From: Eimeria praecox
Taxonomy: Eukaryota
Assembly (NCBI GenBank): GCA_963920595.1
Contig: OY986946.1
Coordinates: 6,076,001-6,140,000 of the forward strand
DNA: 64,000 nucleotides
Direction: 5' to 3'
Under the pieces are notes generated by a model. It had not been told where the DNA came from, searched no databases, and was given only the letters and a program-made list of their open reading frames with translations. The position numbers and the translations under genes were made by a program. How positions within the stretch are numbered: the first letter of the stretch is position 1; each line of letters begins with the position of its first letter. Positions 25,532-36,328 of this stretch are shown here, one piece after another.

Positions 25532-26164
25532 TTACCAAGAGTAGGGATGATGGTGATGATCATGGGAATAGGGGTAGTGAGGATAGTGATGGTGGTGGGG
25601 TGGGTGAGGGTGAGGAGCTGGTTGGCAGGTGGTGGTAGTAGTGACAGGGATCAGGACAACAGGGGGGGGAGGGTGGTGATGATGGTGGTGGTGGGGTGGG
25701 GGGGGAGGGTGATGATGATGATGGTGGTGGTGTGGGGGGGGAGGGGGTCGGGTTTCGATGTGGTGGTCGTGGTTGTGCTGAAGGTGGACGTAAATTTGTT
25801 TAGGAGGGGGGGGTGGGGGAGGGACCGGCTGTGGTGGAGGGGGAGGAGGAGGAGGGGGAGGTGGGGGAGGAGCAGGGTGGACATGCATGTGGTGGTGCTC
25901 GTTGGTAACAGGAGCGGCTGGCGTGCCCATTTTGAGCTTGGAGATTAGAAACTTTCCAAGGAGCTTGTCTAGAAAGAAGACACGAGGTGAGGCTCCTTCC
26001 GTTTCCTCAACAGCAACAGCCACGGGCTCGTCGGCCTCGAAGGGCTCTCCTGCGGCCTCCTGTTGCATCACGGCAACAACGGGCTCGGCGATGCCAGCAT
26101 CTTCAGCCCCAGATAAAGGAACCAAGGCCGCAAGGGCAACAGCAAGTGCAACGAAGCTCTTCAT
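25532..26164 (-). CDS. Secreted His/Pro-rich protein type A, copy 1 (GAM22-like), 210 aa, intronless
   Basis: ATG in gaaaATG context, hydrophobic signal peptide, acidic pro-region, SPRVFF motif, then poly-Pro/poly-His domain with TTTTTC and a Tyr-containing C-terminus. Confidence 0.9.
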   Translation of the reverse strand: MKSFVALAVALAALVPLSGAEDAGIAEPVVAVMQQEAAGEPFEADEPVAVAVEETEGASPRVFFLDKLLGKFLISKLKMGTPAAPVTNEHHHMHVHPAPPPPPPPPPPPPPQPVPPPPPPPKQIYVHLQHNHDHHIETRPPPPPHHHHHHHHPPPPPHHHHHHHPPPPVVLIPVTTTTTCQPAPHPHPPHHHHYPHYPYSHDHHHHPYSW

Positions 26165-28891
26165 TTTCGAAGGCAAATAATGGGAATACCTGTTTTGACC
26201 TGCCTAATCCTGAACAATTACGTTGGAGAGGCGGGAAATATTCTGATGCACGTTGACAGACTCCAGATGATCTCCGCTTCTGTCCGTTTTCTGAGGTCAG
26301 CAGTGGCAAGGGAGGGGAGACTGGTGTAGCGAAGTGCGAATCACGCACGCCGGCGCTGAGCAGGAATGGATAGGTGCGTTCCAACAGTCTGGGGATAGGT
26401 TCTCCGAACTGTTGGAACGCACCTTAATGCTGGTGCCTTTCATATGATCCCCTGAGTGCCTTCAGAAGTGAATTCTTGACTTGAATGACCAGTTAGGTGA
26501 GCTTAAGATCACCCCGTCGGTCGCAGTTCCTGCACTGCCTTTGGCTTGTGTGCTTGGTACAAGTAGTAAGGCCATGCATGATTGAGGCGACCTTAGAAGT
26601 GGCTCAGCATTTAGCGGCACTTAGCTGGTGTGGGCTTGCAACTCAGGGGTGGCCCTAGCTCTTGCAGCAGTGCGTACACCGAACCGGGCGTGTGCATTGC
26701 CAATAACCATTACTGTAGTGTTCTAACTTGGCATGCGCTGAGACAGGTGAACTTGGGTAGGCGTGCATTGGACCACAGGGGTTTTGAATTGTTAAAGGAG
26801 AGGTATGCGAATGTAAGTGCGCTGGGACGTTATGACTGGCATGGGCAGCACAATGAGATTCACTGTAAGCATAACCGTGCTGGATGGATGGGCGCTAGGT
26901 AGCAGTACAGGTCCAGGTTTGGAGTAACTTGAAGTGTAGGGCAATATAGGAGGAGTGACCGCCACTATGGGAGAGGTGGGCGCAGTACAGTCCTATGGAG
27001 GTGACACAGTCATTGCAAGGGTATTAAATCAAAACAGATTCGCGCTACGTGCAGTGGCAGGGGATACTGCACGTGTGAGATTCCTGGACGCGTCGTCACA
27101 GCAACTTGCATGAAAAGGGTGAACCGCCGATGATATACTTCAAACCGTGGGTTCGCCCAAGGGAGATGCTGCGTAGAGTGCAGGGATAGCATACCGGCAG
27201 TTCCGTTGGTACCACTTCCAATCCCCAAAGCGCTCCCGAAGTCGATTTTTCGCAGCCAGGAGGTACTCCTGATTAGCCGAGGCGTGGTCCTGACGACGCT
27301 GCTACAGAGACGGTTGCGAGGACGAACGAGGGTTTTGTGGCAACTGCTCTCGCTGGGATGCACATGGCTGCAGGTAGCTGTAGGGCTTACTTGTCTCAAA
27401 GGGTGCATTGCACCTTGCAGGTCTGAACCTCTCATTTGGCTGGGCCAGGGCCTACTTTAGATGCCGAGCTGTAGATGCTCCTTAGCTCGATTAGAGATAC
27501 GTCGATAAGCGGAAGGGCTTGTAGATCCTCATCAGTTACCTGCCATCTGGTCCACCCGCATGAAGGGGTAGACACGCCAACGCATAGAGCATCGGATGAG
27601 CCAGGAGTGGCGAACGAGCAGGCCAATATGCACGCTTATTCTGTGGTTGTGTGCACCCGAGACAGTCTTGCAATAGTCCCTATGCAATTACCTAGGAGGT
27701 GCAGGCCGGTGGATCGTAGACCGCGCCTGCCGAGAGGGCAGCACAGGATAGGAGCGTTCCTTATATAACCTTGACTGAACTGCATTTGGCGTAATTTGCT
27801 GTCTTGCGGGTGGCGGCAGAGCGAATATGTGAGGCGTGGTTGAAGGCAGGGCTGTCGAGGCTGGTTGGATTTAGATTGCAGGAGGAGAGTGAAAGTGCGT
27901 TGTGTTGAAGGGGCGCGGGTGAGCGTGAGAGTGTTACCAAGCATGTGGCTAAAAGATGCCACTGGCGATGTGGTACGACGCCCTTCAAGCCTCGTAGTCT
28001 CTCCAGCTTAACGGGCATTACGTCCTGCCACTCTGTCTTAGGTCGAAGTGGTGTACACAGAGGGCAATCGTCCAAAGGGCCTTCCCCAGTATGACAAGCT
28101 GAACTACACGTGCAGAAGCTGAGAGAATGCCACGCGCTAGACGGGGATACATCTCCACTCGTCTGGAGAAAGTTAAGCAGATACATTCCGGGGGAAACAT
28201 TGAAAGCGCCGTTGCACCAGATATCCACGGGTCAGACGAGCTCCCAATTCTGCCAGTAGGTCGGCTTGAGGCGGGGGCCCCAAGTCTATGGATTACGCCC
28301 GTTTGCTTCCTGAACTACAAACGATTTGCGCTAAGGTGCGACTCAGAGTACACAGTAATGCATGAAGCTGCTTTCAACGGAAATGAGGGTTAATGCGGGA
28401 CACTGGAAAGGAACGCTGGAAGACGGCGATGATGCAGGCAGGGCACTGCACGCCTAAAATCTAGCTGTACTGTAGCTGGCGGAAATGGGATAATTATTGG
28501 TGCGTGGAACGAAGGGTGCTCGAAGGCTAGCCAAAGCGGCTCAGCACTGCAGGTAGGCCTACGGTAACCGAACTTCTAGGTCCAACAGGCTTACCTCCCT
28601 CTTCCTGTCTGCACCAGCGTTGAGGCAGACACATGCTACACGAAACCGCGAACTCCTACTTGTCAAAAGGTGCCTCCTGCCTATGATGGATTTTAAGGTG
28701 CACTGACGGTACCTACACTGATCCACACACTGTGTTCCTCTCTTTCCAACTAACCTACTCAGAGAGATGGCTGCCCTTCATCGAGAACGGAGTATAATTC
28801 TGGGGAGAATCAAAACCTTAGTATTACAAGAACCTGTCTGTTCAAAGATAGCCCTTCGGGCAGTTCATGCCATCTTGGCATGATGAGCTAG

Positions 28892-29560
28892 TTACCAAGA
28901 GTAGGGATGATGGTGATGATCATGGGAATAGGGGTAGTGAGGATAGTGATGGTGGTGGGGTGGGTGAGGGTGAGGAGCTGGTTGGCAGGTGGTGGTAGTA
29001 GTGACAGGGATCAGGACAACAGGGGGGGGAGGGTGGTGATGATGGTGGTGGTGGGGTGGGGGGGGAGGGTGATGATGATGATGGTGGTGGTGTGGGGGAG
29101 GAGGGTGATGATGGTGGTGTGGGGGTCTAGGAGGCCGCGTTTCGATGTGGTGGTCGTGGTTATGCTGAAGGTGGACATAGATATGCTCAGCAGGAGGAGG
29201 AGGTGGAGGGAGAGGCTTAGGAGGAGGGGGAGGAGGGGGAGGAGGAGGAGGGGGAGGTGGGGGAGGAGCAGGGTGGACATGCATGTGGTGGTGCTCGTTG
29301 GTAACAGGAGCGGCTGGCGTGCCCATTTTGAGCTTGGAGATTAGAAACTTTCCAAGGAGCTTGTCTAGAAAGAAGACACGAGGTGAGGCTCCTTCCGTTT
29401 CCTCAACAGCAACAGCCACGGGCTCGTCGGCCTCGAAGGGCTCTCCTGCGGCCTCCTGTTGCATCACGGCAACAACGGGCTCGGCGATGCCAGCATCTTC
29501 AGCCCCAGATAAAGGAACCAAGGCCGCAAGGGCAACAGCAAGTGCAACGAAGCTCTTCAT
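28892..29560 (-). CDS. Secreted His/Pro-rich protein type A, copy 2 (GAM22-like), 222 aa
   Basis: Same N- and C-termini as copy 1; central Pro/His region differs, including an extra HHHHHPPPP module. Confidence 0.9.
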   Translation of the reverse strand: MKSFVALAVALAALVPLSGAEDAGIAEPVVAVMQQEAAGEPFEADEPVAVAVEETEGASPRVFFLDKLLGKFLISKLKMGTPAAPVTNEHHHMHVHPAPPPPPPPPPPPPPPPPKPLPPPPPPAEHIYVHLQHNHDHHIETRPPRPPHHHHHPPPPHHHHHHHHPPPPPHHHHHHHPPPPVVLIPVTTTTTCQPAPHPHPPHHHHYPHYPYSHDHHHHPYSW

Positions 29561-31867
29561 TTTCGAAGGCAAATAATGGGAATACCTGTTTTGACCTGCC
29601 TAATCCTGAACAATTACGTTGGAGAGGCGGGAAATATTCTGATGCACGTTGACAGACTCCAGATGATCTCCGCTTCTGTCCGTTTTCTGAGGTCAGCAGT
29701 GGCAAGGGAGGGGAGACTGGTGTAGCGAAGTGCGAATCACGCACGCGGGCGCTGAGCAGGAATGGATAGGTGCGTTCCAACAGTCTGGGGATAGGTTCCC
29801 CGAACTGTTGGAACGCACCTTAATGCTGGTGCCTTTCATATGGTCCCCTGAGTGCCTTCAGAAGTGAATTCTTGACTTGAACGATCAGTTAGGTGAGCTT
29901 AAGATCACCCCGTCGGTCGCAGTTCCTGCACTGCCTTTGGCTTGTGTGCTTGGTACAAGTAGTAAGGCCATGCATGATTGAGGCGACCTTAGAAGTGGCT
30001 CAGCATTTAGCGGCACTTAGTTGGTGTGGGCTTGCAACTCAGGGGTGGCCCTAGCTCTTGCAGCAGTGCGTACACCGAACCGGGCGTGTGCATTGCCAAT
30101 AACCATTACTGTAGTGTTCTAACTTGGCATGTGCTGAGACAGGTGAACTTGGGTAGGCGTGCATTGAACCACAGGGGTTTTGAATTGTTAAAGGAGAGGT
30201 ATGCGAATGTAAGTGCGCTGGGACGTTATGACTGGCATGGGCAGCACAATGAGATTCACTGTAAGCATAACCGTGCTGGATGGATGGGCGCTAGGTAGCA
30301 GTACAGGTCCAGGTTTGGAGTAACTTGAAGTGTAGGGCAATATAGGAGGAGTGACCGCCACTATGGGAGAGGTGGGCGCAGTACAGTCCTATGGAGGTGA
30401 CACATTCATTGCAAGGGTACTAAAAACAGATTCGCGCTACGTGCAGTGGCAGGGGATACTGCACGTGTGAGATTCCTGGACGCGTCGTCACAGCAACTTG
30501 CATGAAAAGGGTGAACTGCCGATGATATACTTCAAACCGTGGGTTCGCCCGAGGGAGATGCTGCGTAGAGTGCAAGGATAGCATACCGGCAGTTCCGTTG
30601 GTACCACTTCCAATCCCCAAAGCACTCCCGAAGTCGATTTTTCGCAGCCAGGAGGTACTCCTGATTAGCCGAGGCGTGGTCCTGACGACGCTGCTACAGA
30701 GACGGTTGCGAGGACGAACGAGGGTTTTGTGGCAACTGCTCTCGCTGGGATGCACATGGCTGCAGGTAGCTGTAGGGCTTACTTGTCTCAAAGGGTGCAT
30801 TGCACCTTGCAGGTCTGAACCTCTCATTTGGCTGGGCCAGGGCCTACTTTAGATGCCGAGCTGTAGATGCTCCTTAGCTCGATTAGAGATACGTCGATAA
30901 GCGGAAGGGCTTGTAGATCCTCATCAGTTACCTGCCATCTGGTCCACCCGCATGAAGGGGTAGACACGCCAACGCATAGAGCATCGGATGAGCCAGGAGC
31001 GGCGAACGAGCAGGCCAATAAGCACGTTTATTCTGTGGTTGTGTGCACCCGAGACAGTCTTGCAATAGTTCCTATGTAATTACCTAGGAGGTGCAAGCCG
31101 GTGGATCGTAGATTGCGCCTGCCTCGATTGAGGAGCTGCTGATGAAAGCTGAGCGGAAGTCGCTTCTTGGAACCTCGGGTGGAGTAATCTGCGACCATGC
31201 AAGCTATGGAGGTGGAAAAGTGTAGCGTTACTGGAGGGATCGGTAGGCCAGCGTCGCAATGCAGGAAGGGTATGAGGCTGTGCTGTGCCGTATTTGCTGA
31301 TGAGCAAAACTAGGCTGAGCCTGCTACAATCACATCCTCACAATGGGGAGAACGCCTGCGTTTAGTACAACGCTGCACATGGGAGCACGTTCGAGGTACT
31401 GCAACGCCGATTAGCCCGTTGCTACTGCTTGGTCCCTTCGCAAAGGCCTAAAAGAACGTCTTGTACGGTAGGTGCAGCAAAGAGAGGCGTTGGAATTGAG
31501 CTGGATGTGCACCATCCAATGCAGCAATATTGGTGGAGGCAGAGGAATCTGCCAGTGTCTGTCTTAAAGCATTGACATGCATTTGGTTTCCCTAGCTCCT
31601 GCCAGTTGCCAACTGCCGCTTGCCTGTGGATAAACTCTTCTGTCGAGCGAGTCAAGGAGGAGGCACTCATACTGCACACACGAAACTACCTCGGGTTTGT
31701 ATAGGCTAAGTTAAATTTCCATACGTCTGCACCGATGGCTGTGACTGGCGTACACTGAGAGATGTCCAACGCAAGATCAACAAGATCAAAAACTTAGTAA
31801 CACAGGGACCTGTTTGTTCAAAGCCTGCCCCTTGGGCACGTTATGCCGTTTTGGCAATTTGAGTGAG

Positions 31868-32869
31868 TTACCAGGCGTGTGCGGGGTAGTCATGCTCATA
31901 GTGTCCATGTGGGTAGTGAGGGTATTCGTGGTGGTGGTGAGGAGGAACGGAGGGTGCGCAGGTAGTGGTTGTGGTGGGAGGGGGAACAGGGACGGGGATG
32001 AAGACGGGAGGAGGAGGGGGGGGACGGTGGTGATGGTTGTGGTGGTGATGGTGGTGGCTAGGAGGTTTGGGATGGGTCACTGGTGCGCAGGTAGTGGTTG
32101 TGGTGGGAGGGGGAACAGGGATGGGGATGAAGACGGGAGGAGGAGGAGGAGGGCGGTGGTGGTGGTGGTTGTGGTGGTGGTGATGGTGGCTAGGAGGCTT
32201 GGGATGGGTCACTGGTGCGCAGGTAGTGGTTGTGGTGGGAGGGGGAACAGGGACGGGGATGAAGACGGGAGGAGGAGGAGGAGGAGGGCGGTGGTGGTGG
32301 TGGTTGTGGTGGTGATGGTGGTGGCTAGGAGGCTTGGGATGGGTCACTGGTGCGCAGGTAGTGGTTGTGGTGGGAGGGGGAACAGGGACGGGGATGAAGA
32401 CGGGAGGAGGAGGAGGGGGACGGTGGTGATGGTGGTTGTGGTGGTGATGGTGGTGGCTAGGAGGCTTGGGATGGGTCACTGGTGCGCAGGTAGTGGTTGT
32501 GGTGGGAGGGGGAACAGGGATAGGGATGAAGACGGGAGGGGGAGGAGGATGGTGATGATGATGATGTGGATGGTGGTGATGGGGATGGTCGTGATGATGT
32601 TGGTGATGATGGTCATGGGGATAGGGGTAGTGGAAGTGAGGTTCCGCAGCCTGAGAAGATTGAACGAACTGGTTGAACAGCTTGTCCAGGAAGTACACAC
32701 GGGGAGAGGTTTCTTCGGCTTCCTCAGCGGTCACAGGGGATTCTTCGTTCTCAACGGGTGCCTCTGGCTCCATGGCAGGAGCAGGCAATTCAGCGACAGT
32801 GACATCCTCAGCCAGTGCATAGGGGAGGACAGCGGCAAGCGCAGTAGCGAGAGTAACGAAGGCCTTCAT
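31868..32869 (-). CDS. Secreted His/Pro-rich protein type B, copy 1 (4 internal repeats, 333 aa; GAM22-like)
   Basis: ATG MKAFVTLATALAAVLPYALA signal peptide, acidic pro-region, SPRVYF motif, ~44-aa CAPVTHPKPPSH6NH4RP6VFIPVPVPPPT5 repeats; intronless. Confidence 0.9.
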   Translation of the reverse strand: MKAFVTLATALAAVLPYALAEDVTVAELPAPAMEPEAPVENEESPVTAEEAEETSPRVYFLDKLFNQFVQSSQAAEPHFHYPYPHDHHHQHHHDHPHHHHPHHHHHHPPPPPVFIPIPVPPPTTTTTCAPVTHPKPPSHHHHHHNHHHHRPPPPPPVFIPVPVPPPTTTTTCAPVTHPKPPSHHHHHHNHHHHRPPPPPPPVFIPVPVPPPTTTTTCAPVTHPKPPSHHHHHHNHHHHRPPPPPPVFIPIPVPPPTTTTTCAPVTHPKPPSHHHHHHNHHHRPPPPPPVFIPVPVPPPTTTTTCAPSVPPHHHHEYPHYPHGHYEHDYPAHAW

Positions 32870-35197
32870 TTTCGAGCTCTGAGGACCGGAATACCTGTCT
32901 TTACCTGTCTGATCCCAAACCACTGAGGGGAAGAGAACAAATTAACCTGTTGACCATCGTCACAGCCACACAAACGGGTAGCGTTGATCAACGGTCTTGT
33001 TGCCGTGAGGGAGGTGGTACGGAGGGAACGGAACGACGACTTTCCCTACAACGCCAGTGTGCGCTGCGAAGATAGGAGGAGCCCACACATCCCGCAAAGT
33101 CGTGTAGCCTTCCGCTTTGTCTATGGTGTGTATGCATTAAATGCTCTGGTGCCATCACAACATACAAATCTCGCCGGGTGAAGTACTGGAAGAATTCAGC
33201 GTGATTTATTAGGGCGGCAGCCTTGCCTTGTGCTGAGGCAGCGCACACAGCAAATGAGTGGTGTCTCAGCTGCATGCTACTGCACCCCGCAGAATTTGTG
33301 CTATATCGTCGTGCTGTGGAAAGTGGGCATGTTGGTACATGAACAGACTGGCGGCTGTGTGGAGTGTGATGTATGTGGTGGCTCACTCAGAGTTCAGGCG
33401 AAGGGCGTCTATGCAGTCATAGCCTTAATTCGTTGGAAACAAAGAGCCTAGGCAAGACTTAGAGTTTTCGTACGCTTGCATACTCTGCAATTCGACGCAC
33501 AAATTTAGGCGTCCTCAATGAGCGCAAACGAGCATCTGCAACGTACCTTATACAATGTGATGCAGTGACGTCCTGGTGTATCCTTTTCACGAGAGCATCT
33601 GCATAAGACATCTACAGGCTTGACATACCTATATCATAAGTGCCAACGAACAGGAAGCAATAGGTTTGCTCGTTCTTTGCTTGCGGTGTAGGCTGTGAGA
33701 ATACAGGTGCGTGCTGTAATCCTTGTCGGGTATGTACCATGATCTGGTCGTTGCAGTTTCAGCAGGACGTTGAGCTGTCCACTCAGAGGGACCAGCCTGC
33801 GTTGCAGGCTCGTACCTGCTAGATTTACTCAGGCAGCCCCGAAACCTATAAATTGACGACGACTGTCTCTTGCTGTAACTGCCACTACCGTATGCATGCT
33901 TGGTCACTAGGACAAACCAATCCTACACAATGCAGAACCATTTGTGCACACTTTGCAATCCAGTCATCCACGACGCACCACGACGCATGCTGAATATTAA
34001 AGACACAGAAAGGTAGTATGATGTACTAACCGTGACTGAGAAAGCTCGACAGCGCAGCACATTGAAGCTAAACAGACACTTCCAGGCACATTGATGCAAT
34101 GCCATGGCAGCACATTCACGCCTCCCAATTCAACACTTCCAATAATGGGTCGCAGCCGCGACGCAACACTGGACAGGGGAGAAACGAAAAACACACGCTG
34201 ACTGAGCCCAGCGTTGGCACCGAGCTACAGATTGTTGGTTCCAGAAGGATGAAGTCCTCAAACAGATGCACATTAACCCCCGTTTGGCCACAAAATCCAT
34301 GAATACCGCAGCCAGTACGCAGCCGATGCTTTCATGCTCCCTTGCGGCTGCAACATGCCGTCTCCAAGAACGTGAAAGCTAAGAATATGGCGCGGCCTAA
34401 AGTACAGGGTGAGGTGGCGATATTCGCAAGTCACCGGACAAGGCATCCATCGATTCACAACTATGCAGCAGGTACTGAGGGGGCTTCAATGAATGCTAGC
34501 GCAGCGTTTCTAGCAGCACCGGTGCGTTCCAGAGCCCTGCCAGTAGTCTGCAAGGATGCTGGAGCCAGCTTTCCTGCTGAGAGACTGCAGACCCATGCAG
34601 GCACAATGCAAGCTTGCTGCAGCGGCAAGAGGCACCGACACTGCACGAGCCTGCTACAATCACATCCTCACAATGGGGAGAACGCCTGCGTTTAGTACAA
34701 CGCTGCACATGGGAGCACGTTCGAGGTACTGCAACGTCGATTAGCCCGTTGCTACTGCTTGGTCCCTTCGCAAAGGCCTAAAAGAACGTCTTGTACGGTA
34801 GGTGCAGCAAAGAGAGGCGTTGGAATTGAGCTGGATGTGCACCATCCAATGCAGCAATATTGGTGGAGGCAGAGGAATCTGCCAGTGTCTGTCTTAAAGC
34901 ATTGACATGCATTTGGTTTCCCTAGCTCCTGCCAGTTGCCAACTGCCGCTTGCCTGTGGATAAACTCTTCTGTCGAGCGCGTTAAGGAGGAGGCACTCAT
35001 ACTGCACACACGAAACTACCTCGGGTTTGTATAGGCTAAGTTAAATTTCCATACGTCTGCACCGATGGCTGTGACTGGCGTACACTGAGAGATGTCCAAC
35101 GCAAGATCAACAAGATCAAAAACTTAGTAACACAGGGACCTGTTTGTTCAAAGCCTGCCCCTTGGGCACGTTATGCCGTTTTGGCAATTTGAGTGAG

Positions 35198-36328
35198 TTA
35201 CCAGGCGTGTGCGGGGTAGTCATGCTCATAGTGTCCATGTGGGTAGTGAGGGTATTCGTGGTGGTGGTGAGGAGGAACGGAGGGTGCGCAGGTAGTGGTT
35301 GTGGTGGGAGGGGGAACAGGGACGGGGATGAAGACGGGAGGAGGAGGGGGGGGACGGTGGTGGTGGTTGTGGTGGTGGTGGTGGTGGCTAGGAGGCTTGG
35401 GGTGGGTCACTGGTGCGCAGGTAGTGGTTGTGGTGGGAGGGGGAACAGGGACGGGGATGAAGACGGGAGGAGGAGGAGGGGGGCGGTGGTGGTGGTGGTT
35501 GTGGTGGTGATGGTGGTGGCTAGGAGGCTTGGGATGGGTCACTGGTGCGCAGGTAGTGGTTGTGGTGGGAGGGGGAACAGGGATGGGGATGAAGACGGGA
35601 GGAGGAGGAGGGGGGCGGTGGTGGTGGTGGTTGTGGTGGTGGTGGTGGTGGCTAGGAGGCTTGGGATGGGTCACTGGTGCGCAGGTAGTGGTTGTGGTGG
35701 GAGGGGGAACAGGGACGGGGATGAAGACGGGAGGAGGAGGAGGAGGGCGGTGGTGGTGGTGGTTGTGGTGGTGATGGTGGTGGCTAGGAGGCTTGGGATG
35801 GGTCACTGGTGCGCAGGTAGTGGTTGTGGTGGGAGGGGGAACAGGGACGGGGATGAAGACGGGAGGAGGAGGAGGGGGACGGTGGTGATGGTGGTTGTGG
35901 TGGTGATGGTGGTGGCTAGGAGGCTTGGGATGGGTCACTGGTGCGCAGGTAGTGGTTGTGGTGGGAGGGGGAACAGGGATAGGGATGAAGACGGGAGGGG
36001 GAGGAGGATGGTGATGATGATGATGTGGATGGTGGTGATGGGGATGGTCGTGATGATGTTGGTGATGATGGTCATGGGGATAGGGGTAGTGGAAGTGAGG
36101 TTCCGCAGCCTGAGAAGATTGAACGAACTGGTTGAACAGCTTGTCCAGGAAGTACACACGGGGAGAGGTTTCTTCGGCTTCCTCAGCGGTCACAGGGGAT
36201 TCTTCGTTCTCAACGGGTGCCTCTGGCTCCATGGCAGGAGCAGGCAATTCGGCGACAGTGACATCCTCAGCCAGTGCATAGGGGAGGACAGCGGCAAGCG
36301 CAGTAGCGAGAGTAACGAAGGCCTTCAT
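35198..36328 (-). CDS. Type-B His/Pro-rich protein, copy 2 (5 repeats, 376 aa)
   Basis: Intact ORF, same architecture as copy 1. Confidence 0.9.
   Translation of the reverse strand: MKAFVTLATALAAVLPYALAEDVTVAELPAPAMEPEAPVENEESPVTAEEAEETSPRVYFLDKLFNQFVQSSQAAEPHFHYPYPHDHHHQHHHDHPHHHHPHHHHHHPPPPPVFIPIPVPPPTTTTTCAPVTHPKPPSHHHHHHNHHHHRPPPPPPVFIPVPVPPPTTTTTCAPVTHPKPPSHHHHHHNHHHHRPPPPPPVFIPVPVPPPTTTTTCAPVTHPKPPSHHHHHHNHHHHRPPPPPPVFIPIPVPPPTTTTTCAPVTHPKPPSHHHHHHNHHHHRPPPPPPVFIPVPVPPPTTTTTCAPVTHPKPPSHHHHHHNHHHRPPPPPPVFIPVPVPPPTTTTTCAPSVPPHHHHEYPHYPHGHYEHDYPAHAW

Larger units (their letters stand above)
22721..31110 (-). repeat. Type-A tandem array: three near-identical blocks offset by ~3.34-3.40 kb
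   Basis: Blocks ~22721-25068, ~26063-28409 and ~29459-31110 are nearly identical by inspection; the ORF track repeats at +3342 and +3396. Confidence 0.95.

Noticed and set aside
31960..32560. Regular ~130-bp repeats as a CRISPR-like array
   Set aside because: No unique spacers and no cas genes; eukaryotic context; the repeats are in-frame coding minisatellites.
32870..32923. N-terminal extensions MVWDQ... (type B) and MPSK (type A) in the ORF track
   Set aside because: They start at GTG/TTG; the eukaryotic start is the gaaaATG that begins the signal peptide.
32924..35197. Array units as transposons; repeated 60-167-aa spacer ORFs as genes
   Set aside because: No transposase/RT motifs, LTRs or TIRs; spacer ORFs recur only because the DNA is duplicated and are variably disrupted between copies.
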